Positions 26,154-41,000 of a stretch of DNA of 64,000 nucleotides are shown piece by piece (position 1 is the first letter of the stretch; every line of letters starts with the position of its first letter). The position numbers and the translations under genes are program-made. The notes under the pieces were generated by a model. That model did no database searches and was not told where the DNA came from. It worked only from the letters and a program-made list of their open reading frames with translations. This DNA comes from Ranitomeya imitator (Eukaryota), in assembly GCF_032444005.1 (NCBI RefSeq), contig NC_091284.1, forward strand, positions 835,140,001-835,204,000. The letters are read 5' to 3'.

Positions 26154-26159
26154 TTTATT
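26154..26159 (-). promoter_or_regulatory. Candidate poly(A) signal of the folate receptor gene
   Basis: AATAAA on the minus strand about 200 nt after the stop codon. Confidence 0.5.
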
Positions 26160-26362
26160 GGTGTGTATGGCCCTTTAACACCTTGATACATTGTGACGGG
26201 CGATATATGAACAGTAGAGGAGTGACAGAATATCACAGCAGCGGCACATGGGGGGCAGAACAGCCCATGGGGGGGCAGAACGGCACATGGTCATGGTGGC
26301 AGCGGTCAGTGCCCAAGTCCTGGATGATTGAGCGCAGCTCTGAGGGCTAGAATCCCATAACT

Positions 26363-26634
26363 TTACACCACCAGCAGTGATAAGAAGAGCAGCAGGAATA
26401 TCAGCGGCCCCGGGCGAGGGCCGGAGCCCTTGAGACCGGCGTAGTATTCAGCCACTTTGACGTTGGGGTTGACGCTGCTGTTGAGGAAGAAGAGCTGCAT
26501 ACAGCGGCCGCTGCCCCGCCGGTGCTCCGTGAACTTGTAAGAATTACTCCAGAGCTTCTCGCAGAAAGCCTTGTCGGACGGGAAGACGACTCCGATCTTC
26601 CGGCACGATGTCCCCCCCGGACATTTATTTACTC
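26363..26634 (-). CDS. FOLR1: Folate receptor, coding exon 4 (C-terminus, GPI-anchor signal)
   Basis: cag|GA GTA AAT AAA TGT...; (G)VNKCPGGTSCRKIGVVFPSDKAFCEKLWSNSYKFTEHRRGSGRCMQLFFLNSSVNPNVKVAEYYAGLKGSGPRPGPLIFLLLFLSLLVV*. Symbol is the nearest mammalian family name; it is probably co-orthologous to FOLR1/2/3. Confidence 0.92.
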
Positions 26635-26722
26635 CTGTTCGGAATAATGGGACAGACGCAGCTGTTAGGCGGCCATATTAGAGCGTCAGCTCTGGCGACA
26701 AATACCCGGCAGGATTCAGTCA

Positions 26723-26917
<195 letters not shown>

Positions 26918-27186
26918 TCACAGCCAGAGCTGAACTCACCATTACACTCCACTGCATTCTGAACAACGCTTGGCTATAGGATATTATATACAGACACGTC
27001 ACATTGTGGATATTTACTGGACATAAAGCCATAAAAATTAACTACACCTCCTCAATGCAGCGAGGCAGCAAAGTACTGTCTGAACAGCTGCCAGAAACAT
27101 TCCATAAAGCTGAATGCAGCTCTGGAAGTGACTGGAGGATAATCAATGACTTGTGTGCAGAACTGTGATTGCAGCGTTCGAAATTA

Positions 27187-29838
<2,652 letters not shown>

Positions 29839-29844
29839 CATTAG

Positions 29845-30364
29845 GTACATTCGCTGATGACCTCAGGTTAGCATCCTCAATAATCAGAACCTCCCACTCC
29901 CGTCTCCAAGACTTTACACGTGCTGCGCCGATTCTTTGGAATGCACTACCTAGGATAATACGATTAATCCCCAATCCCCACAGTTTTAAGCGTGCCCTAA
30001 AAACTCATTTGTTCAGACTGGCCTACCGCCTCAATGCATTAACCTAACGATCCCTGTGTGGCCTATATTAAAAAAAAAAAAAAATTAATTAACTGGTTCA
30101 TGCAGCTTTACATGAACACCTGAGCCTTACACTATGGCCGGTCCGAATAACTATAGCAATTGTTACCATCCACCTCTCGTGTCTCCCCTTTTCCTCATAG
30201 TTTGTAAGCTTACGAGCAGCAGGGCCCTCACTCCTCCTGGTATCTGTTTTGAACTGTATTTCTGTTATGCTGTAATGTCTATTGTATGTACAAGTCCCCT
30301 CTATAATTTGTAAAGCGCTGCGGAATATGTTGGCGCTATATAAATAAAAATTATTATTATTATT
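29845..30364 (+). mobile_element. L2/CR1-clade LINE 3' fragment (ORF2 end, 3' UTR, tail)
   Basis: ORF2 C-terminal residues (SRLQDFTRAAPILWNALP...FKRALKTHLFRLAY) followed by TGTAAAGCGCTGCGGAATATGTTGGCGCTATATAAATAAAAA(TTA)n. Confidence 0.85.
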
Positions 30365-30380
30365 CTTGCTCTTTTCTCAC

Positions 30381-30512
30381 CTGACCATGTAACTTGTCCT
30401 CCGGTCCTGGCTCTGTCTTGTGGTGTTTCCCGTCGATGCACTGGTCCATGTAGTCCTCTTTGGCAGCAGACAGTAAGGACGCTGCGGTCAGGAGCAGGAG
30501 GCAGCGCAGCAT
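30381..30512 (-). CDS. FOLR1: Folate receptor, coding exon 1 (signal peptide)
   Basis: GCCATG context; MLRCLLLLTAASLLSAAKEDYMDQCIDGKHHKTEPGPEDKLHGQ|gtgaga. Join 30512-30381, 27450-27262, 26884-26749, 26634-26363 = 729 nt, 242 aa. Confidence 0.92.
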
Positions 30513-31784
30513 GGCTCTAGAATGATGAACGTTTGGCACTATAATTGGTGCAGGTCTCGGTGTCTTTACATTGTTCTATGATCCGGTGTCCAGTTCTTTG
30601 CCAAGTTGCCCTAACATATTAGTATTAGGCCTGAATCGGCCTGTGAGAGACGCTGCGTATTTACAGCATATTAGATGGGATTTCTAGAAATCCTGTGTCC
30701 ACTATGTGGGCGCCTGTGGATCACCCGCGGACTCCGAGGGTCTGTGCACACGATCATTAACGTCCACTGCACTGCCGGCTATTGAACGCAGGCGACTCCT
30801 GTGATCCGCTCGGAATCACCGCATCTAATACATTGTATGGGTGACATTTATCTTGGCGCCTCCACATGATACATAGACGTGCTGCAGTCTGGAAAGATGC
30901 GCCTCATGTCCGTCTCCCATCACTATGCCGTCACTGGTGGCTGCTGCACAAGCACACAGCGTCTGACCCGCAGCGTCCAGTGATCGTGTGCACAACTACC
31001 CTCAAATGTGACGCGTCTCTCTAGACTGCAGCATGTCAATCTCGCTAATCAGAAGTTAAAAATAATTGACTGTATTGAATGCAGTAAATCCGCACGGTTC
31101 AGGTAATCCGAGGAGTGACCACAGCGAAGATACGCTGCATCCAAAGCGCTGCCGACTCCTGACCGCCAGCACACACCCTCAGGTGAACGTCGCCATTCAT
31201 TGACAGCAAACAAACAGTTACAACAAAATTATTGTGATGCTGGTCACTTACATAAGGGTTTTCTGAATGTGATGTGCATATACATGTACCCAGCTTTCCC
31301 AGAGCCCTGAATGGTCAGTTTGCCGTTAATAATCAGTCCATTCCAGACTCCTAGGTCACTGAGTGGGAAAGCTGAGTCCTCACAGCTGTAACAACAGCCA
31401 TCAGTGATTACCCAGCTTTCCTACCAACTGATAGAACCAAGGAGGAAAATTCAGACTTCTGGGTCCTAATGCAAAACCAGTACTACCTACAATACAGGGG
31501 TCTTATGTGGCAGAGGAGCCCCCCAACCACCACCAATGCTGTACGATCCAATGACATTCGTTACCTGTACACTATATCAAAAGCCATGGGCCTGACACTA
31601 CAAGTCTCAGCATGCACTGCAGAAGAAATACCTGGATTTTCTGGGTCTTGTAGTTCCACAATTACAGATGCAGTATATGACGCATTGTCTGAATGTCGGA
31701 AATGTCTTGTACTTACCGCAACAGGGGACTCGTCAATTCTGGGACCTTGTGGGCATGAAGCGGAGGGTTCAGGGGATCTAGGGG

Positions 31785-32745
31785 CCGGTGCTGACGTCCC
31801 ACAGGTGGCAGGGATCAGAAGCGCACAGGTGGACGGGATCAGGTGCAGAGGTCCCACAGGTGGACGGGATCAGAGGCGGGCAGGTGCTGACGTCCCACAG
31901 GTGGCAGGGGCGGGGGTTCCACAGGTGGTAGGGATCAGGTGCGGGGGTCCCACAGGTGGCAGGGATCAGGTGTGAGGGTCCCACAGGTGGTAGGGATCAG
32001 GTGGGCAGGTGCTGATGTCCCACAGGTGGCAGGGATCAGGTGCGGGGGTTCCACAGGTAGCAGTGATCAGGTGCAGAGGTCCCACAGGTGGCAGGGATCA
32101 GGTGCTGATGTCCCACAGGTGGCAGGGATCAGGTGTGAGGGTCTCACAGGTGGTAGGGATCAGGTGGGCAGGTGCTGATGTCCCACAGGTAGCAGTGATC
32201 AGGTGCGGGGGTCCCACAGGTGGCAGGGATCAGGTGCGAGGGTCCCACAGGTGGCAGGGATCAGGTGCGGGGGTCCCACAGGTGGCAGGGATCAGGTGTG
32301 AGGGTCTCACAGGTGGTAGGGATCAGGTGGGCAGGTGCTGATGTCCCACAGGTAGCAGTGATCAGGTGCGGGGGTCCCACAGGTGGCAGGGATCAGGTGC
32401 GAGGGTCCCACAGGTGGCAGGGATCAGGTGCGGAGGTCCCACAGGTGGCAGGGATCAGGTGCTGATGTCCCACAGGTGGCAGGGATCAGGTGTGAGGGTC
32501 TCACAGGTGGTAGGGATCAGGTGGGCAGGTGCTGATGTCCCACAGGTAGCAGTGATCAGGTGCGGGGGTCCCACAGGTGGCAGGGATCAGGTGCTGATGT
32601 CCCACAGGTGGCAGGGATCAGGTGCGGGGGTCCCACAGGTGGCAGGGATCAGATGCGAGGGTCCCACAGGTGGCAGGGATCAGGTGCGGAGGTCCCACAG
32701 GTGGCAGGGATCAGCTGCGGGGGTCCCACAGGTGGCAGATCCCAG
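31785..32745 (+). repeat. About 31-bp GC-rich minisatellite (CAGGTGCGGGGGTCCCACAGGTGGCAGGGAT)
   Basis: Visible periodicity with variant units. Confidence 0.9.
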
Positions 32746-34224
32746 GTACCAGGATTCCGAGTCCGGCAGAGCACTTGCCCGGTCTCCTGCCCCCGCTAGA
32801 ATGTGCAGAGTAATGACTGTCGCTCAGAGAATATCCAGGGATTCTCCACTGCTGGGAGCAAAGTGCGAGGCGCCATCTGCATTAATCTTTACCAAAGTGC
32901 TGATGTTGGGAGGATCCGTGTGCTGCTCGGCAGGTGCGGACTGGGGCTGGAATTCAGTCCTGGAATGTGAAATCACACAGGTCCATGGTGTCCCCGTCCC
33001 CAAGCACCAGGTGGGATATATTACTTATATTACCCTGCATGGAGGAAAGGAACATTTACTACAAGACCAATGTACTAATGATCCCGGAGGGGTGAGTGAC
33101 GGAGGCAGCGACTTTGTGCTCCATCACAGCTCTCACCAGTGTGGGGGTCTTGAGAACAGAGATTCTGTTAACAACATAGCAGACAAGGCGGCCCCCGACC
33201 AGCCCGACCCTGCGCTCAGGTCACTCGCTCCTGCCCCCTGGAGGCGGATGGCACAGTTCACACCTGCAGGTTCTAGCGTTGCTCACATTCTGCATGGTGA
33301 CGCTATATATATATATTTTCCTCTTATGTTCTCTGGCGTGGTGGAACGAGCTATAAATATGAGGCCTCTTTGTGTGTAAGGTGTGTGGAGAACCCCCCCA
33401 ATGTGGGTGGTCCGCCATCCTGTCTGACTCCGCCGCCCGCGGATCGTACTTCATAACCAGCCAAGGTGAAGCTGCCAGCTGATCGCCCTGGTGCGGTGAC
33501 ACTCGGGGTCATGGTAGTTGGTGACAGCTGTGATGTCAAATCATATCTGCCATAAGACACCCCATTAATAACTTAATAAAAGCACACACAAAAAATACTT
33601 TATCAGAAAAAGCGCCCCCTCCTGACCAAAGGTCGTGACTGGTATTACAAACCTCACCCGTTGCCGACATCACTGGGTACAACTGTAACGAACCCTCAGC
33701 AGTTCACCTCTCGCAGTCCAGTTATGGTCCAGATCTCTGTTTGCTGTCAGTGAATTGGAGCTTTCATGTGGCACAATATGGCGACACTTGGCCTCAGGGT
33801 TGTCAGTGGCCGGGGACCCTGGTGTCAGGTGTCACGTCTGTCAGTGCCCAGGATCTACCATCTGTCAAACATGGCACCAAATTAACCACTTCATTAATAC
33901 CGCCATTACTGCATCATGATGTGTGAAATGAGCTGGGGCCGGGTCCTCCAGGGCGGTCCGGCTACGGGTGAGGTTTAGTTGTGTTTTTTTTTTTTTTTTT
34001 TGGGGGGGGGGGGGCATTTACAGTAAGTGATTGTCAGAGACAGGCACTGGCATTTAAATGGTTAAACAGCGGCGATGGGCGCTCACAAGGGTCGCTGCTG
34101 TAACGGCACCAGGTGGCTGCGGTGCGGTAATATTTATTACGTCCTATGTTAGAAAGGGGTTAAAGAGCAAATTGATAGTTAAGTGATTGTACAGAGAAAC
34201 TGCACATGTGCAAGATATGGCCGA

Positions 34225-35037
34225 ACGGGCGTGGCTCAGTGCCTATGAGGGGATGTGGCTCAGTGCCTATGTGCGGGCGTGGCTCAGTGCCTATGAGGGG
34301 ATGTGGCTCAGTGCCTATGTGCGGGCGTGGCTCAGTGCCTATGAGGGGATGTGGCTCAGTGCCTATGTGCGGATGTGGCTCAGTGCCTATGTGCAGATGT
34401 GGCTCAGTGCCTATGTGCGGATGTGGCTCAGTGCCTATGTGCAGATGTGGCTCAGTGCCTATGTGCGGGCGTGGCTCAGTGCCTATGAGTGGGCGTGGCT
34501 CAGTGCCTATGAGTGGGCGTGGCTCAGTGCCTATGAGCGGACGTGGCTCAGTGCCTATGAGCGGACGTGGCTCAGTGCCTATGAGCGGATGTGGCTCAGT
34601 GCCTATGAGCGGGCGTGGCTCAGTGCCTATGATCGGGCGTGGCTAAGTGCCTATGATCGGGTATGGCTCAGTGCCTATGAGGGGACGTGGCTCAGTGCCT
34701 ATGAGCGGACGTGGCTCAGTGCCTATGAGCGGACGTGGCTCAGTGCCTATGAGCGGACGTGGCTCAGTGCCTATGAGCGGACGTGGCTCAGTGCCTATGA
34801 GCGGACGTGGCTCAGTGCCTATGAGCGGACGTGGCTCAGTGCCTATGAGCGGACGTGGCTCAGTGCCTATGAGCGGACGTGGCTCAGTGCCTATGATCGG
34901 GTATGGCTCAGTGCCTATGAGCGGACGTGGCTCAGTGCCTATGAGCGGACGTGGCTCAGTGCCTATGAGCGGACGTGGCTCAGTGCCTATGATTGGGTAT
35001 GGCTCAGTGCCTATGAGGGGACGTGGCTCAGTGCCTA
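34225..35037 (+). repeat. 24-bp minisatellite (GTGGCTCAGTGCCTATGAGCGGAC)
   Basis: Period 24; generates the WLSAYERT ORF. Confidence 0.95.
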
Positions 35038-35524
35038 AGAGAATGGGCGCAGCTACAGGGCAGGGTGTAACCAGAGCCACATATATGGCATTTACTTTGT
35101 CGGTCTGCTGGGAATCGGACCCCCTGGAATGATTGCAAATCAATAGTCCTGTCATCTCATGTATTTTATTCCTTAATTCTCAATCTCTCCTTGCTGTCAG
35201 TGAACAGAAACCTCCTTGTTCACATTTAGCGGATGGAAACGTGTTCAGATCTAATACTTGTCACAGCTGAGGATTTGTTACAATTGCATCGGCTTTTCCA
35301 CAGTCCTCTCCGACAGACTAATGCGGCTGTGGATGAACGTCCGTGTCGCTATAACATCGCACCCCCATAATATAAGCGTCTACGTTGGTGGACGACGTGG
35401 TCGGATTTTACCTGCAGACTTTGTCATTAGGTTTTGGATTTTAGCGTAAGAGCGGTACACCCCCCCCCCTTAAAAAAAAACAAACAAAACAATGAATGAA
35501 GCCTAGATATTAGGAAAAACCGTC

Positions 35525-35530
35525 TTTATT
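35525..35530 (-). promoter_or_regulatory. Candidate TOMT poly(A) signal 4 nt after the stop codon
   Basis: Minus strand reads TGA AGGC AATAAA. Confidence 0.5.
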
Positions 35531-35534
35531 GCCT

Positions 35535-35858
35535 TCAGTCCTGCAGTTTGGAGAAGGTGAGCTCCGCCATCCCATCCCGGATGTATCGGAAATACTCCAG
35601 GTGGCCGCGGTGCATCTTCAGCTGATATTTCCCGGACGTCTTGACGTACTGCAAGAAATGGGGGGCCCCGGGGAAGAGCACATTGTCTGCCAGGACCACG
35701 GACCCCTCCTGCAGCAGTCCCACCTCCTCCAGCAGCTGCAGGTCTCGCAGGTAGCAGCGCTTCCCGTGGTCCATGAAGATGAAGTCCAGCTTCTGCACCC
35801 CGTGCTTGTCCTTCAGCTGCGCGATGACGTCATTGGACGGCCCAACCAGGAGCTCCAC
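35535..35858 (-). CDS. TOMT: Transmembrane O-methyltransferase, coding exon 3
   Basis: cag|VELLVGPSNDVIAQLKDKHGVQKLDFIFMDHGKRCYLRDLQLLEEVGLLQEGSVVLADNVLFPGAPHFLQYVKTSGKYQLKMHRGHLEYFRYIRDGMAELTFSKLQD*. Confidence 0.95.
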   Translation of the reverse strand: MELLVGPSNDVIAQLKDKHGVQKLDFIFMDHGKRCYLRDLQLLEEVGLLQEGSVVLADNVLFPGAPHFLQYVKTSGKYQLKMHRGHLEYFRYIRDGMAELTFSKLQD

Positions 35859-36079
35859 CTGCAGGCGGGGCGCGGAACAGAACGCGGAGCCGTCAGTGGC
35901 GGCATCAACCATACCTCTGCCCCAATGTGCCATCACAGATGTCCCCACTGCCCCGATCGGAACCCTCCTTACTAGATAATTTGTGAGAATAAGAATCGGA
36001 ACAGAGTTTGGTCCCAACTTAGCAATAATCACGACAACTAGTGTGATTCGGCCGCACAGAATAAATCAATACATCTCAC

Positions 36080-36276
36080 CGTGTCGTCGTCAAACCCGGC
36101 CAGTCGGATCACCTTCTCGGCCACCGCAGCTTTCCCGGGGTTGGCATCCACAGTGTAGAGTCTAGCGCCCAGGGGCAGCGCCTGCGCCATTATTATGGTG
36201 GCGTATCCGCACTGAGTGCCCAGCTCCAGAACATTGAGCGGCGCGTTCTCATAAATCAGCCGGTCCAGGACCTTCC
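36080..36276 (-). CDS. TOMT: Transmembrane O-methyltransferase, coding exon 2 (SAM-binding motif)
   Basis: cag|(G)[65 protein letters not shown]|gtgaga; 197 nt, not in the supplied ORF track. Confidence 0.95.
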
Positions 36277-36381
36277 CTGAAAAGAAACATCCAGACCCAA
36301 AAGTGACAACTCACGAGGAAGGACCCCATAAGGTTGAAGAATGGACATTTCTCAGTCCAGGGGGCTCGTTGTAAGTTTTAC

Positions 36382-36643
36382 CTTTCTGGGGCCCGATGTT
36401 ACTTAGATATTCGCAGTGATAGCAATATTGGTCAAATGTGTTGAGCACGTGCTGGGGGTCTCCAGGGATGGCATGGGTGATAACATACTGAAAGGCCCTC
36501 TCCTCCCGGGGGATACCGGTGAGATAGTCCTGAATACGGCGCACTATGACGGCACGATAGAAGAGCAGAAAGTAATGACGGTAGCGGATGATCACGGTGA
36601 TAACGAAGGGGATGAAGGCCAGAGCAATGGCGGGAGACACCAT
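36382..36643 (-). CDS. TOMT: Transmembrane O-methyltransferase, coding exon 1 (N-terminal membrane anchor)
   Basis: [88 protein letters not shown]|gtaaaa; [14 protein letters not shown] is TOMT-specific. Join = 783 nt, 260 aa. Confidence 0.95.
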
Positions 36644-36709
36644 GGTCCAACCTGCACAACAGAAGACAGGATGGTGTGAAAACTAATCATAATCCTCCTT
36701 CACCAGAGA

Positions 36710-37650
36710 AATATCACAACTACTTTAATACTGACCCTCTATGTACAAGAATATAACTACTATAATACTGCCCCCTATATACAAGAATATAACTACTATA
36801 ATACTGCTCCTATGTACAAGAATATAACTACTATAATACGGACCCTCTATGTACAAGAATATAACTACTATAATACTGCCCCCTATATACAAGAATATAA
36901 CTACCATAATACTGCCCCTCTATGTACAAGAATATAACTACTATAATACTGCTCCTATATACAAGAATATAACTACTATAATACTGCCCCTATGTACAAG
37001 AATATAACTACTATAATACTGCTCCCTATGTGCAAGAATATAGCTACTATAATACTGCTCCCTATGTACAAGAATATAACTACTATAATACTGCCCCTAT
37101 GTACAAGAATATAACTACTATAATACTGCTCCCTATGTGCAAGAATATAGCTACTATAATACTGCTCCCTATGTACAAGAATATAACTACTATAATACTG
37201 ACCCTCTATGTACAAGAATATAACTACTATAATACTGCCCCCTATATACAAGAATATAACTACCATAATACTGCTCCTATGTACAAGAATATAACTACTA
37301 TAATACTGCTCCTATGTACAAGAATATATCTACTATAATACTGCTCCTATGTACAAGAATATAACTACTATAATACTGCTCCTATGTACAAGAATATAAC
37401 TACTATAATACTGCTCCTATGTACAAGAATATAACTACTATAATACTGCTCCTATGTACAAGAATATAACTACTATAATACTGCCCCCATGTACAAGAAT
37501 ATAACTACTATAATACTGCCCCCTATGTACAAGAATATAACTACTATAATACTGCTCCTATGTACAAGAATATAACTACTATAATACTGCTCCTATGTAC
37601 AAGAATATAACTACTATAATACTGCTCCTATGTACAAGAATATAACTACA
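36710..37650 (-). repeat. 35-bp AT-rich minisatellite, same family as 27506-29838, opposite orientation
   Basis: TATGTACAAGAATATAACTACTATAATACTGCTCC units. Confidence 0.95.
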
Positions 37651-37679
37651 ATATTCTACTTCGTGATAATGTGTGCAAC

Positions 37680-37735
37680 CTGTATAGCGCTGCGGAATAT
37701 GTTAGCGCTATATAAAAATAAAGGTTATTATTATG
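37680..37735 (+). mobile_element. Ultra-short L2 LINE 3' tail
   Basis: TGTATAGCGCTGCGGAATATGTTAGCGCTATATAAAAATAAAGGTTATTATTAT. Confidence 0.7.
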
Positions 37736-38092
37736 TTGAGAATCAGTTGTACTTCTGTCACTTTATGACCTTTTTCTGTGTATTTCTTATATTTGCCCAT
37801 TTTCCTGCGTGAAACATGTCGGAATAGATGTGTATTATTGCATCGTTATCGTTACCTTGTTCGGTGTCTGGCAGTTTCTTCTCTCTTGTGTTCCTCTGAT
37901 CTGCGTTGTTTGTCTTCTATTCTCCATTATTAATGAGTGGGTGCAGCCAGTTAGGGGACAACACACGAGAGGCATTACTCAGGTTGCAAAGGTGCCAGGT
38001 GTTATGGGGTGAAGATACAGACCGCTCACTATCTGCTCTACCCAGTTATAATATTCAGTCTTATATATTAATGTTTACTGATAATAGCGAGA

Positions 38093-41000
38093 ACCAATGT
38101 GTACATACATTACATTACTGATCCTGAGTTACATCCTGTATTATACTCCAGAGCTGCACTCACTATTCTGCTGGTGCAGTCACTGTGTACATACATTACA
38201 TTACTGATCCTGAGTTACCTCCTGTATTATACCCCAGAGCTGCACTCACTATTCTGCTGGTGCAGTCACTGTGTACATACATTACATTACTGATCCTGAG
38301 TTACCTCCTGTATTATACCCCAGAGCTGCACTCACTGTTCTGCTGGTGCAGTCACTGTGTACATACATTACATTACTGATCCTGAGTTACATCCTGTATT
38401 ATACTCCAGAGCTGCACTCACTATTCTGCTGGTGCAGTCACTGTGTACATACATTACTGATCCTGAGTTACCTCCTGTATTATACCCCAGAGCTGCACTC
38501 ACTATTCTGCTGGTGCAGTCACTGTGTACATACATTACATTACTGAGCCTGAGTTACCTCCTGTATTATACCCCAGAGCTGCACTCACTATTCTGCTGGT
38601 GCAGTCACTGTGTACATACATTACATTACTGATCCTGAGTTACATCCTGTATTATACTCCAGAGCTGCACTCACTATTCTGCGGGTGCAGTCACTGTGTA
38701 CATACATTACATTACTGATCCTGAGTTACATCCTGTATTATACCCCAGAGCTGCACTCACTATTCTGCTGGTGCAGTCACTGTGTACATACATTACATTA
38801 CTGATCCTGAGTTACCTCCTGTATTATACTCCAGAACTGCACTCAGTATTCTGCTGGTGCAGTCACTGTGTACATACATTACATTACTGATCCTGAGTTA
38901 CCTCCTGTATTATACCCCAGAGCTGCACTCGCTATTCTGCTGGTGCAGTCACTGTGTACATACATTACATTACTGATCCTGAGTTACCTCCTGTATTATA
39001 CCCCAGAGCTGCACTCACTGTTCTGCTGGTGCAGTCACTGTGTACATACATTACATTACTGATCCTGAGTTACCTCCTGTATTATACCCCAGAGCTGCAC
39101 TCACTGTTCTGCTGGTGCAGTCACTGTGTACATACATTACATTACTGATCCTGAGTTACCTCCTATATTATACTCCAGAGCTGCACTCACTATTCTGCTG
39201 GTGCAGTCACTGTGTACATACATTACATTACTGATCCTGAGTTACATCCTGTATTATACCCCAGAGATGAACTCACTGTTCTGCTGGTGCAGTCACTGTG
39301 TACATACATTACATTACTGATCCTGAGTTACCTCCTATATTATACTCCAGAGCTGCACTCACTATTCTGCTGGTGCAGTCACTGTGTACATACATTACAT
39401 TACTGATCCTGAGTTACATCCTGTATTATACCCCAGAGATGAACTCACTATTCTGCTGGTGCAGACACTGTGTACATACATTACTGATCCTGAGTTACAT
39501 CCTGTATTATACCCCAGAGCTGCACTCACTATTCTGCTGGTGCAGTCACTGTGTACATACATTACATTACTGATCCTGAGTTACCTCCTATATCATACTC
39601 CAGAGCTGCACTCACTATTCTGCTGGTGCAGTCACTGTGTACATACATTACATTACTGATCCTGAGTTACATCCTGTATTATACCCCAGAGCTGCACTCA
39701 CTTTTCTGCTGGTGCAGTCACTGTGTACATACATTACATTACTGATCCTGAGTTACATCCTGTATTATACCCCAGAGCTGCACTCACTATTCTGCTGGTG
39801 CAGTCACTGTGTACATACATTACATTACTGATCCTGAGTTACCTCCTATATTATACTCCAGAGCTGCACTCACTATTCTGCTGGTGCAGTCAATGTGTAC
39901 ATACATTACATTACTGATCCTGAGTTACATCCTGTATTATACTCCAGAGCTGCACTCACTATTCTGCTGGAGCAGTCACTGTGTACATACATACATTACT
40001 GATCCTGAGTTACATCCTGTATTATACTCCAGAGCTGCACTCACTATTCTGCTGGTGCAGTCACTGTGTACATACATTACATTACTGATCCTGAGTTACC
40101 TCCTGTATTATACCCCAGAGCTGCACTCGCTATTCTGCTGGTGCAGTCACTGTGTACATACATTACATTACTGATCCTGAGTTACCTCCTGTATTATACC
40201 CCAGAGCTGCACTCACTGTTCTGCTGGTGCAGTCACTGTGTACATACATTACATTACTGATCCTGAGTTACCTCCTATATTATACTCCAGAGCTGCACTC
40301 ACTATTCTGCTGGTGCAGTCACTGTGTACATACATTACATTACTGATCCTGAGTTACATCCTGTATTATACCCCAGAGATGAACTCGCTATTCTGCTAGT
40401 GCAGTCACTGTGTACATACATTACTGATCCTGAGTTACATCCTGTATTGTACCCCAGAGCTGCACTCACTATTCTGCTGGTGCAGTCACTGTGTACATAC
40501 ATTACATTACTGATCCTGAGTTACCTCCTATATTATACTCCAGAGCTGCACTCACTATTCTGCTGGTGCAGTCACTGTGTACATACATTACATTACTGAT
40601 CCTGAGTTACATCCTGTATTATACTCCAGAGCTGCACTCACTATTCTGCTGGTGCAGTCACTGTGTACATACATTACATTACTGATCCTGAGTTACCTCC
40701 TGTATTATACCCCAGAGCTGCACTCGCTATTCTGCTGGTGCAGTCACTGTGTACATACATTACTGATCCTGAGTTACCTCCTGTATTATACCCCAGAGCT
40801 GCACTCACTGTTCTGCTGGTGCAGTCACTGTGTACATACATTACATTACTGATCCTGAGTTACCTCCTATATTATACTCCAGAGCTGCACTCACTATTCT
40901 GCTGGTGCAGTCACTGTGTACATACATTACATTACTGATCCTGAGTTACATCCTGTATTGTACCCCAGAGATGAACTCACTATTCTGCTGGTGCAGTCGC

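Noticed and set aside
31469-33379. 168-aa and 337-aa plus-strand ORFs as a possible ANAPC15
   Set aside because: Partly minisatellite; no ANAPC15 motifs (WFNLDRP, acidic tract).
33560-33900. Possible HNF1 sites upstream of the folate receptor
   Set aside because: Only half-sites or wrong spacing relative to GTTAATNATTAAC.
34187-35038. 283-aa WLSAYERT repeat ORF
   Set aside because: Pure 24-bp repeat translation.
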